Shown here: piece by piece, positions 1 through 10,075 of the stretch | Layout of the letters: each line of letters starts with the position of its first letter | Numbering within the stretch: the stretch's first letter is position 1 | Assembly (NCBI GenBank): GCA_965224245.1 | Contig: OZ245046.1 | Location: 2,084,148-2,148,147, forward strand | DNA from: Candidatus Eiseniibacteriota bacterium | GTDB lineage: Bacteria; Eisenbacteria; RBG-16-71-46; CAZAMP01 | DNA length: 64,000 nt | Direction of reading: 5' to 3' | Program-made: the position numbers and the translations under genes | Notes under the pieces: generated by a model | Told to the model about the DNA's origin: nothing | The model's input: the letters and a program-made list of their open reading frames with translations, nothing else | Database searches by the model: none

Positions 1-16
1 TAAGCGTAAGTCCCTT

Positions 17-2470
17 CTAGACAATACCTTGCTCTTCCAGGTAGTCGATGTCGACGAGGACGTCGCGCGCCTTGCTACCCTCATAACCCGTCACGATACC
101 GGCCTGCTCCAACTGATCCATCAGCCGCCCGGCCCGGGCGTAGCCGATCTTGAGCCGGCGCTGCAGGAAGGACGTCGAGGCCTGCCCCTGGAGCACGACG
201 AGCCGAGCCGCCTCTCCGAACAGGGAGTCGATCTCATCGTCGACCTCGCCCGGCGCCGCCGCCTTCTCTTCGATGTCGATCGGATCGACGCTGGAGGAGA
301 AGCCTCGCAGGTACCGGCAGATGGCCTCGATGTCCTCGTCGGGCAGGAACGCCCCGTGCAACCTCAGTGGCACCGAGCTCCCCGACGGCATATACAGCAT
401 GTCGCCGCGTCCGACCAGGCTCTCGGCGCCGTTCTGGTCCAGGATGGTACGGGAGTCGGTTCGCTGGGCAACCTGAAACGCGATCCGGGCCGGAAAGTTC
501 GCCTTGATGACGCCCGTCAGCACGTCGACCGACGGCCGCTGCGTGGCCAGAACCAGGTGGATGCCCACCGCGCGCGCCATCTGGGCCAGCCGCGCGATCG
601 GCGCCTCGACCTCGGACGCGGTGGTCATCATGAGGTCGGCCAGCTCGTCCACGATGCAGACGATGTACGGCATCCACTCGGGCGGAACCTCCTCGTCGTT
701 CCGGGCCTTTCGCGGCTTCCCGTTCTCGTAGTAGCGCTCGTGGTACGACTTGATGTTTCGGACACCTTTGCCGGACAGGAGGCGGTAGCGGCGCTCCATC
801 TCGCGGACCAGCCAGTTGAGCGCCTTGGTGGCCTCCTTGGGCTCGGTGACGACCGGCAGCGCGAGGTGCGGGATGTTGTTGTAGCCCGTCAGCTCGAGCA
901 TCTTCGGATCGATCAGGATCAGGCGCAGATCCTCGGGCCGGTGCCGGAAGAGCAAGCTGGCGATGAGCGTGTTCACGCACACCGATTTCCCCGATCCCGT
1001 GGTGCCGGCCACCAGCAGATGCGGCATCGTCTCCAGATGATCGGCAAACGGACGGCCCGCCGCGTCCTTGCCGAGCGCGAGCGTGAGCACGCCGAGAGGC
1101 TCGGTGAACACCGGCGACGTCATGACGTCGGTGAAGTGGATCAGCTCGCGCTCGTCGTTGGGGATCTCGATGCCCACGGCGGCCTTTCCCGGCACGCGGG
1201 TCAGGATGCGAACGCGATCGGTGCGAAGCGCCAGCGCAATGTCGTCCTCGCGGCTGACGATCTGATTGACCTTCACCCCCGGCGCCGGCTCGAAGTCGTA
1301 CCGGGTGATGACGGGGCCGGGGTGAACCTCGGAGATTCGGCCGCGGATTCCGAACTCCTCGAGCGTGCGGCGCAGGGTCTCCGACAGACTGAGGATCGCC
1401 TGGCGATCGGTGCGCATCCTGGACGGCGGGGGTGTGGACAGGAGCGAGACCGGGGGCGGGCGGTACTCCGAGGCCGGACGCTTTCGCACCTCCTCGTCGC
1501 GCCGCACCTTGCGTGCCGGCGTGCGAGGCGAAACGTCCGACGCGGAGGGAAGCGGCTCGGGCTCGACGATCCCCGGTGGCGCATCGTCGAGGGGATCCTG
1601 CGCGCCGGGATCGGGCGGAGTGCCCTCTTCGGGCTGGGTTCCGGCAGACCGGGACGTGCCGGCACCGTTGGTCCTCTCCCCGATCGCCGCGCCACCTGCG
1701 AGCGCATCGACGCCGGCCTCGCCAGCGGACGGCTCGGGTGCCACGGATCGAATGGGCCGGGTCGCCGCCGCCCGGGACGCAGCGGCGGCGAGCTCGCGCC
1801 GGCGGGCCAACGCATCGGCGGCCGCGCGCCGGCGGGCCTCTCGGCGCTCTTCGCGCATCGCCGCCAGCGCCCGGCGGCGGCCGGCGAGCCAGCCCGCCAC
1901 CGTGGCCAGCTCGTCGACGAGACGGAGCCGGAGCGCCGAGGTGAGCGTGAGGACCCGGCGACCCACCGGATCGAGTCTCCCCGCGAGCCGGCCGAGCCGC
2001 AGAACGTCGCCGGCCAGAATGGCGGCCGCGATGATGATGGCGACGACCGCGATCCAGGCGCCCGCCCGCCCCACGACGCGTGTGAGGCCGGTGGCGACCA
2101 GGTCCCCGTAGGCGCCACCGGCGCCCGCGGACGCCAGAGCCGAGATCGGCGGCCACCCGAGGACGACGCCGACGAGGATGTTCCGGACGCGCGTGACGGG
2201 GGCCCCGGCCACCAGGCCGACCCCGACGATCGCCACGGCCAGGGGAAGCGCCGGCGCCGCCACCCCGCCGAGCACGTGCAGCGTGAAGCGGGCCAGGTAC
2301 AGTCCGGCCGAGCCGGTCACGTCCGGAGGAAGTGCCGGAATGCGCAACGTCTGCACCGCGACGTCGGAGACGCTCACGAGCGCGAGCAGCCAGAACGACG
2401 CGATCGCGACCGCGAGAACGCCCGCCAGTCTCACGTCTCGCGGGTGCGCTCGTCTTCGTGACCCTGCCAC
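17..2470 (-). CDS. ftsK: DNA translocase FtsK
   Basis: 817-aa ORF: N-terminal hydrophobic segments, Pro/Ala-rich linker, motor domain with Walker A 'GTTGSGKS', 'ATQRPSVDV', and C-terminal gamma domain 'FLQRRLKIGYARAGRLMDQLE'. Confidence 0.9.
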   Translation of the reverse strand: MAGSRRRAHPRDVRLAGVLAVAIASFWLLALVSVSDVAVQTLRIPALPPDVTGSAGLYLARFTLHVLGGVAAPALPLAVAIVGVGLVAGAPVTRVRNILVGVVLGWPPISALASAGAGGAYGDLVATGLTRVVGRAGAWIAVVAIIIAAAILAGDVLRLGRLAGRLDPVGRRVLTLTSALRLRLVDELATVAGWLAGRRRALAAMREERREARRRAAADALARRRELAAAASRAAATRPIRSVAPEPSAGEAGVDALAGGAAIGERTNGAGTSRSAGTQPEEGTPPDPGAQDPLDDAPPGIVEPEPLPSASDVSPRTPARKVRRDEEVRKRPASEYRPPPVSLLSTPPPSRMRTDRQAILSLSETLRRTLEEFGIRGRISEVHPGPVITRYDFEPAPGVKVNQIVSREDDIALALRTDRVRILTRVPGKAAVGIEIPNDERELIHFTDVMTSPVFTEPLGVLTLALGKDAAGRPFADHLETMPHLLVAGTTGSGKSVCVNTLIASLLFRHRPEDLRLILIDPKMLELTGYNNIPHLALPVVTEPKEATKALNWLVREMERRYRLLSGKGVRNIKSYHERYYENGKPRKARNDEEVPPEWMPYIVCIVDELADLMMTTASEVEAPIARLAQMARAVGIHLVLATQRPSVDVLTGVIKANFPARIAFQVAQRTDSRTILDQNGAESLVGRGDMLYMPSGSSVPLRLHGAFLPDEDIEAICRYLRGFSSSVDPIDIEEKAAAPGEVDDEIDSLFGEAARLVVLQGQASTSFLQRRLKIGYARAGRLMDQLEQAGIVTGYEGSKARDVLVDIDYLEEQGIV

Positions 2471-2479
2471 GGACGGCCT

Positions 2480-3652
2480 CTAGTTGCCGGCGACCGAGGT
2501 CAACCGTTCCGCGGACTTCCTGATGGCGTCTTTCCTGTCGGTGGCTTCCCAGGTGAAGCTGTCCAGCTCGCGTCCGAAATGACCGTAGGCCGCGGTCCGA
2601 CGATAGATCGGCCGCCACAGGTCGAGCATCTGGATGATGCCCGCCGGTGTCAGCTGGAAGTGCTCGCGTACGATCTGCTCGAGCGACGCGTCGGGCACGA
2701 CACCGGTCCCCAGCGTGTCGACCATCACCGAGACCGGTTCGGCCACCCCGATCGCATACGCGAGCTGCACCTCGCACCGGCGGCACAGTCCGGCCGCGAC
2801 GAGGTTCTTGGCCACGTAGCGGGCGGCGTAGCAAGCGGATCGGTCGACCTTGGTCGGGTCCTTCCCGCTGAACGCCCCACCGCCGTGCCGGCCCCACCCG
2901 CCGTACGTGTCGACGATGATCTTGCGTCCCGTGAGCCCCGTGTCGGCCTTGGGCCCGCCCTCGACGAACCGGCCGGTCGGATTGATGTGATAGACGACGT
3001 CGTCGTGAACGAGCGCGTCGGGCAGACACGGCTTGATCACCTCTTCACGGATCGCCTCGGTGAGCGCGTTCGTCGAGATGCTCGGCGCGTGCTGCGTGGA
3101 CACCACCACGGTGTGCACCCGGCGTGGTCGTCCGTCGTCACCATACTCGATCGTGACCTGGCTCTTGCCGTCGGGACGCAGCCAGGAGAGGGTGCCGTCC
3201 TTTCGCAGATCCGCGAGGCGATGGGTGATGCGATGCGCGATCAGAATCGGCGTCGGCATCAGCTCGTCGGTCTCGTCGGATGCGTAGCCGAACATCAAGC
3301 CCTGGTCGCCGGCACCGATCCCGTCGCTGCCGTCCACGCCCATCGCGATGTCCGGGGACTGCGCGTCGATGCTCGTGAGCACGGCGCAGGTGTCGGCGTC
3401 GAATCCGTAGTCGGCGTCGGTGTAGCCGATCTCGCGGATCACCCGCCGCACGACCTCGGGGATCTCGACGTAGCCGTTGGTGCGGATCTCGGCCGAGATG
3501 AACGCCAGACCCGTGGTCACCAGCGTCTCGCAGGCCACGCGCGCGTTCTCGTCCTGCCCGATGATCTCGTCGAGAATGCCGTCGGAAACCTGGTCGGACA
3601 CCTTGTCGGGATGTCCTTCGGTCACCGATTCCGACGTAAACAGAAAGCTCAT
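2480..3652 (-). CDS. metK: S-adenosylmethionine synthetase
   Basis: 390-aa ORF with MetK signatures '[14 protein letters not shown]', '[12 protein letters not shown]', '[16 protein letters not shown]'. Confidence 0.95.
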   Translation of the reverse strand: MSFLFTSESVTEGHPDKVSDQVSDGILDEIIGQDENARVACETLVTTGLAFISAEIRTNGYVEIPEVVRRVIREIGYTDADYGFDADTCAVLTSIDAQSPDIAMGVDGSDGIGAGDQGLMFGYASDETDELMPTPILIAHRITHRLADLRKDGTLSWLRPDGKSQVTIEYGDDGRPRRVHTVVVSTQHAPSISTNALTEAIREEVIKPCLPDALVHDDVVYHINPTGRFVEGGPKADTGLTGRKIIVDTYGGWGRHGGGAFSGKDPTKVDRSACYAARYVAKNLVAAGLCRRCEVQLAYAIGVAEPVSVMVDTLGTGVVPDASLEQIVREHFQLTPAGIIQMLDLWRPIYRRTAAYGHFGRELDSFTWEATDRKDAIRKSAERLTSVAGN

Positions 3653-3808
3653 TTAGCACTCCCTCGGCGGGGGTGAGCGACTCGGGGCCAGCGAACGCAC
3701 GACACACGGCGCCACGACGTGACCGACGGCGACGAGACGCGTTCTCCAGGGAAGGATCCGACCCGGATGTGGCACTAGCAGCCAGAGGCGGGCCGTGACC
3801 GACCCGGT

Positions 3809-3837
3809 AATGTACGGATGCGTCGAACGCCTGTCAA
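3809..3837 (-). promoter_or_regulatory. putative sigma70-type promoter upstream of metK
   Basis: On the minus strand: perfect -35 TTGACA (revcomp of 3832-3837), 17-nt spacer, -10 TACATT (revcomp of 3809-3814); about 150 nt upstream of the metK ATG. Confidence 0.4.
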
Positions 3838-3863
3838 CGGGCGCCTCCGGCTGCGGGCGCGCG

Positions 3864-5663
3864 TCAGAGCCCTCGGACCGCGGCCAGCTCGGGGAAACGG
3901 TCGGCCAGGAAACCGCCGAGGAGCGACGCGACGTCCGCGGCGGTCGACATCCGCACCGCGCGAGTGGCCACGTCCCGGCTCTCGGCGTAGGAGATGGTGC
4001 GGATCACCTGCTTCACCTCGGGCAGTAGCGAGGGCGTCATCGACAGATCGTCGATCCCCAGCCCCACCAGGAGCACGGTGGCCAGCGTGTCCGCCGCGAG
4101 CTCGCCGCACAGGCTGACCCGGCAGCCCTCCCGGTGGGCGGCCTCGACGGTGGCGTGAATGGCCCGGAGCACGCTCGGGTGCAGCGGATTGAACAGATAG
4201 CCGAGCTTGGCGTTGGTGCGATCGACGGCCAGCGCATACTGAGTCAGGTCGTTGGATCCGATGGAGAAAAAGTCCACCGAGCGAGCCAGCACGTCCGCCA
4301 TCAGCACCGCGGCCGGCGTCTCGATCATGATCCCGATCGTGACGTGCCGATCGAACTCCACCCCCGCGTTCGTGAGCTCCTGCATCACCGCGTCGAGATG
4401 TTCGCGCACGCGATCGAGCTCCTCGGGCGTCGTGATCATGGGGAACAGGAGGCGGACCGGGCCGAACGCGCTCGCCCGGAGCGCGGCGCGCAGCTGCGCG
4501 CGGAACACGTCCTCGTGTCCCAGGAGATAGCGAATCCCCCGGAGTCCGAGAAACGGGTTCTTCTCTCGATCGGCGCCGATGTACGACGCGAACTTGTCGC
4601 CGCCGACGTCGAGCGTCCGGATCACCACCGGCTTGGGCGACAGCAGCTCGAGCGCCCGCCGGTAGATCGCGAACTGCTCGTCCTCGGACGCGAGGTGCGC
4701 GCGCTGCATCAACAGGAACTCGGTGCGGAACAGTCCGACGCCGCTGGCCCCGTAGCGATGCACGGCGTCGATCTCGAGCGGCATCTCGATGTTCGCCAGG
4801 AGGTGGATCTCGCGCCCGTCGGTGGTGACCGACGGCATCTCGCGTGACAGCTCCAGACGATCCATCATCTCGGCGTAGTGACGGCGCACGCGTTCGTACC
4901 GGCGCTCGTCCTCGTCGGTGGGATCGAGGATCAGCCGACCCCGCCAGCCGTCGAGGATCGCGCGACCACCGGCCGCGGTCTCGTCCAGAAGGTTCTCGAT
5001 GCCGAACACGGCGGGTAGCCCGCGCGCGCGGGCCATGATCGCGGCGTGCGCGGTGGCGCCGCCCCGCTCGGTCGCGAGCCCCCGCGCGCTCGTGCCCGCG
5101 ACCGCCACCGTGTCGCCGGGAGTCAGCTCGCGTGCGACGATGATGGCATCCTCGGCCGACACGGTGAGCCCGTCACGATCGTCCTCGGCCAGCCGCCGCA
5201 GGACGCGCCGCTTGACGTCGCGGATGTCGGCCGCGCGCTCGCGAAACAGCCCGCTCTGCATGCGATCGAACGTCTCGAGCACGCGGAGCACGTTCTGACG
5301 GAAGGCATACCCGGCGTTCCGGCGATGCTCTCGGATGTCGGTCTCGGTCGCATCGATGGCCAGGGGGTCGCTCAGGATCATCAGCTGTGCATCGAAGATC
5401 TCGGCGGACTCCGCCCCCAGCTCCTCCACCATCGCGTCGCGCAGGCCCGAGATCTCGTCGATGACGGCGCCCACCGCGGCCCGGAAGCGATCGATCTCCG
5501 CGTCGACGCCGTCGGCCTCGATCAGGAACTCGCCCACCACGACCTCGTTGGGCTCGGCGGTCGCGATGTCGCCGATGGCGATCCCGGGGGAAACCGCGAT
5601 GCCGTGAAGCACGCGCCGGCCGCTGCCGGCGCCCCCGGCTCCGGGAGTGACGCCGGCGGTCAC
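3864..5663 (-). CDS. ptsI: phosphoenolpyruvate-protein phosphotransferase (PTS enzyme I)
   Basis: 599-aa ORF with EI motifs 'GGATAHAAIMARARGLPAV', 'GLFRTEFLL', 'FFSIGSNDLTQY', 'SLCGELA'; 4-nt overlap with the upstream HPr gene. Confidence 0.9.
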   Translation of the reverse strand: MTAGVTPGAGGAGSGRRVLHGIAVSPGIAIGDIATAEPNEVVVGEFLIEADGVDAEIDRFRAAVGAVIDEISGLRDAMVEELGAESAEIFDAQLMILSDPLAIDATETDIREHRRNAGYAFRQNVLRVLETFDRMQSGLFRERAADIRDVKRRVLRRLAEDDRDGLTVSAEDAIIVARELTPGDTVAVAGTSARGLATERGGATAHAAIMARARGLPAVFGIENLLDETAAGGRAILDGWRGRLILDPTDEDERRYERVRRHYAEMMDRLELSREMPSVTTDGREIHLLANIEMPLEIDAVHRYGASGVGLFRTEFLLMQRAHLASEDEQFAIYRRALELLSPKPVVIRTLDVGGDKFASYIGADREKNPFLGLRGIRYLLGHEDVFRAQLRAALRASAFGPVRLLFPMITTPEELDRVREHLDAVMQELTNAGVEFDRHVTIGIMIETPAAVLMADVLARSVDFFSIGSNDLTQYALAVDRTNAKLGYLFNPLHPSVLRAIHATVEAAHREGCRVSLCGELAADTLATVLLVGLGIDDLSMTPSLLPEVKQVIRTISYAESRDVATRAVRMSTAADVASLLGGFLADRFPELAAVRGL

Positions 5664-5974
5664 GACGCCCGCCCTTCGGCGGCTCGCGACTTCTCGACGT
5701 CGAGGACCTCGTCGTCGAACTCCGAGGCGAACAGACGCTCGATCGCACCGACGGCCAGCTCCTCGTCCTCGCCGTCCGCGGAGATCGTCAGACGCGTGCC
5801 CGTGATCGCGGCCAGCATCAGGATGCCCATGATGCTCTTGCAGTCGACGCTCTGGTTGGCGCCGTCGGTCAGTGCGATGCGGCTCCGGAAGCGCGCGGCC
5901 AGGCTGGCCAGCATGCTCGCCGGGCGCGTGTGGAGCCCGGGGTCGTTCAGGACGACGACGTCTCGCTCAACCAT
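5660..5974 (-). CDS. ptsH: phosphocarrier protein HPr
   Basis: Internal ATG at 5972-5974 of the listed ORF gives a 104-aa protein 'MVERDVVVLNDPGLHTRPAS...DCKSIMGILMLAAITG' with the His-15 and Ser-46 sites; the upstream part of the listed ORF is Arg-rich read-through. Confidence 0.85.
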   Translation of the reverse strand: MVERDVVVLNDPGLHTRPASMLASLAARFRSRIALTDGANQSVDCKSIMGILMLAAITGTRLTISADGEDEELAVGAIERLFASEFDDEVLDVEKSRAAEGRAS

Positions 5975-5976
5975 CG

Positions 5977-8112
5977 TCACACCCCGGCATCGTCGCCCTC
6001 GGCCGCGGTGACCGGCTCGGGGACACGTGCGTCGGTGGACAGGATCTCGAGCGACGCGCGCAACGTGACGCGGCCGCGATCGGGCACCAGCGGCCAGACC
6101 AGAAACACCCGCGTGGACTGGAACACGCGGGTCGGAGCATGTCCGTTCAGCGACACCGTCTCGATCGGGAAGCGCAGCACGCGCACCCGCGGCTCCAGCG
6201 AGACGTTGACCTCGAAGCCTCTGCGCTCGTCGACGATCCCCCACCGGTCGACGTCGGGGATCTCGTCCTCGGTCCCGATGTCGTGCGACTCGCCTTCTGC
6301 GAATCGCATGTAGCGCCCGGCGCGTCCCGGGGCGCCCAGGCCGAACGTCCACTCCGTGGCGTACTGCATCCACCCGTCCGGCAGACCGTCGGGGAACGCG
6401 AGATGCCACACGACGTCGAAGCGTGCCCGCTCGGGATCGAGAACGACCTCGCGCTCGATCTCGACCACCGAGCTCTCGACCCGGCAGTTCGCGAAGAGGC
6501 GCAGCCGACCGGGCCCCTCGCGCTCCCACTCGTAGCGGGTGCGGGCGGGCGGCGCGCTGAGGGTGCGGAGGTCCTTGATCGTGGCCAGGGTCACGTCGTC
6601 GTCGAACACGTGATCGCGGAGGCTGTACAGCGGGAAGGGATCGTAGTTCAGGTACGAGGCCAGGTCGCTCTTCGACTGGCGGCGGCGCCCGCCCTTCGAG
6701 CCCGATGCGTCATCGCGCCGCTCCCGGATCGCCGAGTGGTACGACTCCTCGCGACGTGCGACCGTGTCGCACAGGTTCACCGCCCTGGGCTTCAGGTCCA
6801 GCGCGATCAGCGTGCCGCCGTCGTGGGGCGCCAGCGTCAGCGCCAGCTCGCGGTTCTCGACCACGACCTCGTCGTCTCCGTCCAGGTCGATGTCGCGATG
6901 ACTGAAGCGCTGGAACGGCTCGTCGCCGTGCTCCATCCGATCCATCAGCTCCCAGGCGCGGATCTGGTTGGTGAACACGGCGCGACGCAGCTGCGGCGCG
7001 TACACGCCCCCGTGTACGCCGTGCCAGTACGCGCCGTGACTCAGCGAGCGCCAGACCAGTCGCCGTGCCTCGGCGACCCGTTCGGGATCGGCCCCGCGAT
7101 CCTCCAGCGCCTGCACCCGACGCAGGAGATCCAGGCCGCGCTTGTGCATCCAGTTGGCCTCGGGGTAGCGCACGAGAAAGTTGCGCCAGTAGCCCATACC
7201 GAGGAATCGATCGAGTCCGTTGCCTTCCTGCTCCAGACGCGTGCGCAGCGAGTGATGGCGGCGCTGTGCCTCGGGGGGGATGGACCACTCCATCATCTCG
7301 CCGTACGTTCCGGTGGGCAGGTAGAGCTGCCCGGCGGCCTCGACGCCCTCGACCACCTCTTCCAGCGTGCACGTCTGGAGTCGATGGTGCTCGCGCTCGA
7401 GAAGCGCGAAGAAACGGGAGAGCCAGCGTCCCTCCTGGACGCGCTCGAACGAGCCCGGCCACGCGCCGAACTTGGCGCCGTCGTCGGCGAAGACGGCCAC
7501 CCTTCCGCCGCCGGTCTGGCGCTTCAGGAGCTGCGCGACGACCTCCTCGGGCTTCGCCGCGGGGATGAGATCGCGGAGGCTCCGCGGGACCGGAAAGACG
7601 CGGATGGGCATTCCCTCGTCCTCGGTCACGAACGAGTCGTACAGGCGCTTGTCGAGCACACCGATCCGCAGAAACGGCGTGTCGTCCAGCGGCATGTACT
7701 CGATGCCCGCCTGGCCGATGACCTTGGGCAGGGACGGCTCCCAGACGCGCTCGGCGAGCCACAGCCCCCTGGGCACGACGCCGAAGGTGCGCTCGATCAG
7801 CTCCTGGTGGGCGCGGATCTGCGCGACGCGCTCGCGCTCGGGGATGATCGCGAGAATGGGTTCGAAGATCGGCGACGAGAGCAGCTCGACCTGTCCCCGG
7901 TCGACCAGCTGCGAGAGGAGCTCCACGTACGCGGGCCGGCTGGCGATGAGCCACTCGAGCAGCGAGCCCGAGTTGTGGAGAACCACGCGAATCGACGGAT
8001 GCTCGGAGATGGTCACGAGGACCGGCCAGTACGCGCGCTCGTACGCCTCCTCCACGGCGCGGCGGGACTGCCCTTCGGGCTGGTGGTTGTGCAAGCAGAA
8101 CACGAACCTCAT
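5977..8112 (-). CDS. glycoside hydrolase family 57 enzyme (4-alpha-glucanotransferase / alpha-amylase type)
   Basis: 711-aa ORF; N-terminus 'FVFCLHNHQPEG...EEAYERAYWPVL...HNSGSLLEWL...RGQVELLSSPIFEPILAIIP...WLAERVWEP' matches the GH57 catalytic domain along its length (e.g. Pyrococcus 4-alpha-glucanotransferase 'FIFGIHNHQPLG...RGQVEIVVAGFYEPVLASIP...WLTERVWQP'). Confidence 0.8.
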   Translation of the reverse strand: MRFVFCLHNHQPEGQSRRAVEEAYERAYWPVLVTISEHPSIRVVLHNSGSLLEWLIASRPAYVELLSQLVDRGQVELLSSPIFEPILAIIPERERVAQIRAHQELIERTFGVVPRGLWLAERVWEPSLPKVIGQAGIEYMPLDDTPFLRIGVLDKRLYDSFVTEDEGMPIRVFPVPRSLRDLIPAAKPEEVVAQLLKRQTGGGRVAVFADDGAKFGAWPGSFERVQEGRWLSRFFALLEREHHRLQTCTLEEVVEGVEAAGQLYLPTGTYGEMMEWSIPPEAQRRHHSLRTRLEQEGNGLDRFLGMGYWRNFLVRYPEANWMHKRGLDLLRRVQALEDRGADPERVAEARRLVWRSLSHGAYWHGVHGGVYAPQLRRAVFTNQIRAWELMDRMEHGDEPFQRFSHRDIDLDGDDEVVVENRELALTLAPHDGGTLIALDLKPRAVNLCDTVARREESYHSAIRERRDDASGSKGGRRRQSKSDLASYLNYDPFPLYSLRDHVFDDDVTLATIKDLRTLSAPPARTRYEWEREGPGRLRLFANCRVESSVVEIEREVVLDPERARFDVVWHLAFPDGLPDGWMQYATEWTFGLGAPGRAGRYMRFAEGESHDIGTEDEIPDVDRWGIVDERRGFEVNVSLEPRVRVLRFPIETVSLNGHAPTRVFQSTRVFLVWPLVPDRGRVTLRASLEILSTDARVPEPVTAAEGDDAGV

Positions 8113-8609
8113 GTGCCCTCGATCCTCTCGTTCACCGCGTGCACGCTCGGGAGCGGCACGGCATCGTCGCCCGGGAGCGCCCGAAACGTGCTTCGTATGC
8201 CGGCCGTGGCCAGGCGCTCGAACGCGGCCGCCTCGGCGCGCGTCAGCTGTAGATCGTCGCGGAAGCGCACCCGATCCGGGGCCGCGTGCAGGCCGCCGAC
8301 GTTGATCTCATGCACCCGCACCCCTCGCTCGACCAGCGCTTCGACCGCCTCGGGTCCGCGCACCAGCACCAGCGTGACCGGGGCGTCGAACCGCCCCGCC
8401 GCGTAGGCCGTGGTGAACGCGTCGATCGTGATCACCTCGACCGGAACGTCGTCGGGCGCCGATGCCTCGTACACCTCGCGCTCCCACGCGTCCGCGGCCG
8501 CGCGGTCGTCGGCCACGACGATCCGATCGAGCGCCATCGTCGGCACCCACCCGTGGGAGACCTGACCGTGAAGCAGGCGATCGTCGACCCGCACCAGTGC
8601 GATCGGCAC
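8109..8609 (-). CDS. PTS mannose-family EIIB domain protein
   Basis: 166-aa ORF starting 'MPIALVRVDDRLLHGQV', the EIIB-Man signature; ATGA overlap with the GH57 start. Confidence 0.8.
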   Translation of the reverse strand: MPIALVRVDDRLLHGQVSHGWVPTMALDRIVVADDRAAADAWEREVYEASAPDDVPVEVITIDAFTTAYAAGRFDAPVTLVLVRGPEAVEALVERGVRVHEINVGGLHAAPDRVRFRDDLQLTRAEAAAFERLATAGIRSTFRALPGDDAVPLPSVHAVNERIEGT

Positions 8610-8610
8610 G

Positions 8611-9006
8611 TCAGCCGCTCTCCGTGCGGGCGTCGTGAATCCCGCGCCGTCCCTTCATGATGACGCGCTCCACGAGCGCCCCGGCCTCCAGCCGGGCGCG
8701 ATAGTGACAGAACTCGAGCAGCATGGGAAGGTTGACCCCGGCAACACTCTGACATCGTGTGTGTTGCGAGGCCAGGAGCCGGCACGCGGTCTCGCAGCTG
8801 CCTCCCGCGAGGTCGGTGAAGAGGACCAGGTCGTCGCCCGGCCCGAGCGCCTCGATGGCGCCCTCTACCCGCTCGCGGATCGCGTCGGCCGAGAGCCCGG
8901 CGTTGGAGATGACGTTCACGCCGTCCTGGGGCCCGAGAAAGCCCTCCACCGCCTCCACGAGCGCCTCACCCACGCGGCCGTGTGTGACGAGGAGCGCGCG
9001 GATCAC
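8611..9006 (-). CDS. PTS mannose-family EIIA domain protein
   Basis: 131-aa ORF 'MIRALLVTHGRVGEAL...LVLFTDLAGGS', EIIA-Man fold signature. Confidence 0.8.
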   Translation of the reverse strand: MIRALLVTHGRVGEALVEAVEGFLGPQDGVNVISNAGLSADAIRERVEGAIEALGPGDDLVLFTDLAGGSCETACRLLASQHTRCQSVAGVNLPMLLEFCHYRARLEAGALVERVIMKGRRGIHDARTESG

Positions 9007-9046
9007 CGCCGGCCTCTCCGCCCGAGGGGCCGCGGCCCGCGGCGCG

Positions 9047-10021
9047 TCACTCGCGATCCCCGCGCGCGATGGCCTGGAACTGCAGGCGCTTCTTCTGCTC
9101 CATCGTGCGCAGAAGGCGCTCGGAGAAGGCCTGCGCCGGATTGTACCCGTAGGCCTTCACGAGATAGTTCAGCGCGATGACCTCGGCGATGACCGTGATG
9201 TTCTTGCCCGGGAAAATGGGAATCTCGACCATCGGGATCTCGACCCCGAGGATCCGGGCGGTCTTGTTCTCGAGCCCCAGACGTTCGTAGTCCTCGCTGG
9301 AGTCCCAGTCCCGGAGATTGACCTCGACCTCGACGCGCTTCTGTCCGCGGATAGCCCGGATTCCGAACACGGCCTGCACGTCGATGATCCCCAGTCCGCG
9401 GATCTCCACGTGGTGGGTGACGACCGCGTTCGAGGCCCCGATCAGGATGTTGTCCTGGACCCGCTTGATCGACACGATGTCGTCGGCGACCAGCCGGTGG
9501 CCGCGCTCGACGAGATCCAGTGCACACTCGCTCTTGCCGATGGCCGAGCGCCCGGTGAACAGGAGCCCCACGCCGTACACGTCGACCAGGCTCGCGTGCA
9601 CGCTCAGCTCGGGCGCGAACGCCTCCTCGAGGATCGCCGCCAGTCGATGCTGGAAGGTCGTCGTGCCCAGCTCGGTCTGGAACAGCGGCGTTCCCGAGCG
9701 GTTCGCCTCCTGGATGAGGAGATCCTGGGCGGACGTGGTGTGCGCCACCACCACGCACGGCATCTTGAACGAGAAGAGCCGCTCGATGGCGATGCGCTGG
9801 TTGTCGGCATCGAGCGACGACAGGTACGCCTGCTCGACCTCGCCCAGAACCTGCACGCGTTCGCTGAGGAACGACTCCCGATACCCCGCCAGAAGCAGCC
9901 CGGGTCGATTGAGGTCGGACTGGGTGATCGGGATGGGCCCCTCGACCTGCTCGGTGAGGGCGTTGAGCGAGAGCTCGGAGCGATGATCCTCATAAAACTG
10001 GGAGACGCTGATGGTCTTCAT
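9047..10021 (-). CDS. hprK: HPr kinase/phosphorylase
   Basis: 324-aa ORF with P-loop 'GRSAIGKSECALDLVERGHRLVADD' and 'HVEIRGLGII' typical of HprK. Confidence 0.9.
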   Translation of the reverse strand: MKTISVSQFYEDHRSELSLNALTEQVEGPIPITQSDLNRPGLLLAGYRESFLSERVQVLGEVEQAYLSSLDADNQRIAIERLFSFKMPCVVVAHTTSAQDLLIQEANRSGTPLFQTELGTTTFQHRLAAILEEAFAPELSVHASLVDVYGVGLLFTGRSAIGKSECALDLVERGHRLVADDIVSIKRVQDNILIGASNAVVTHHVEIRGLGIIDVQAVFGIRAIRGQKRVEVEVNLRDWDSSEDYERLGLENKTARILGVEIPMVEIPIFPGKNITVIAEVIALNYLVKAYGYNPAQAFSERLLRTMEQKKRLQFQAIARGDRE

Positions 10022-10075
10022 GGGGCTCTCTTCGGGGCCGCGTCGAGCCGTGCCCGATCGCGCCCCCGAGACGTC

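Noticed and set aside
3758-3776. TGGCAC sequence resembling a sigma-54 -24 element
   Set aside because: No TTGC -12 element at the required spacing, and it is antisense to the flanking genes.
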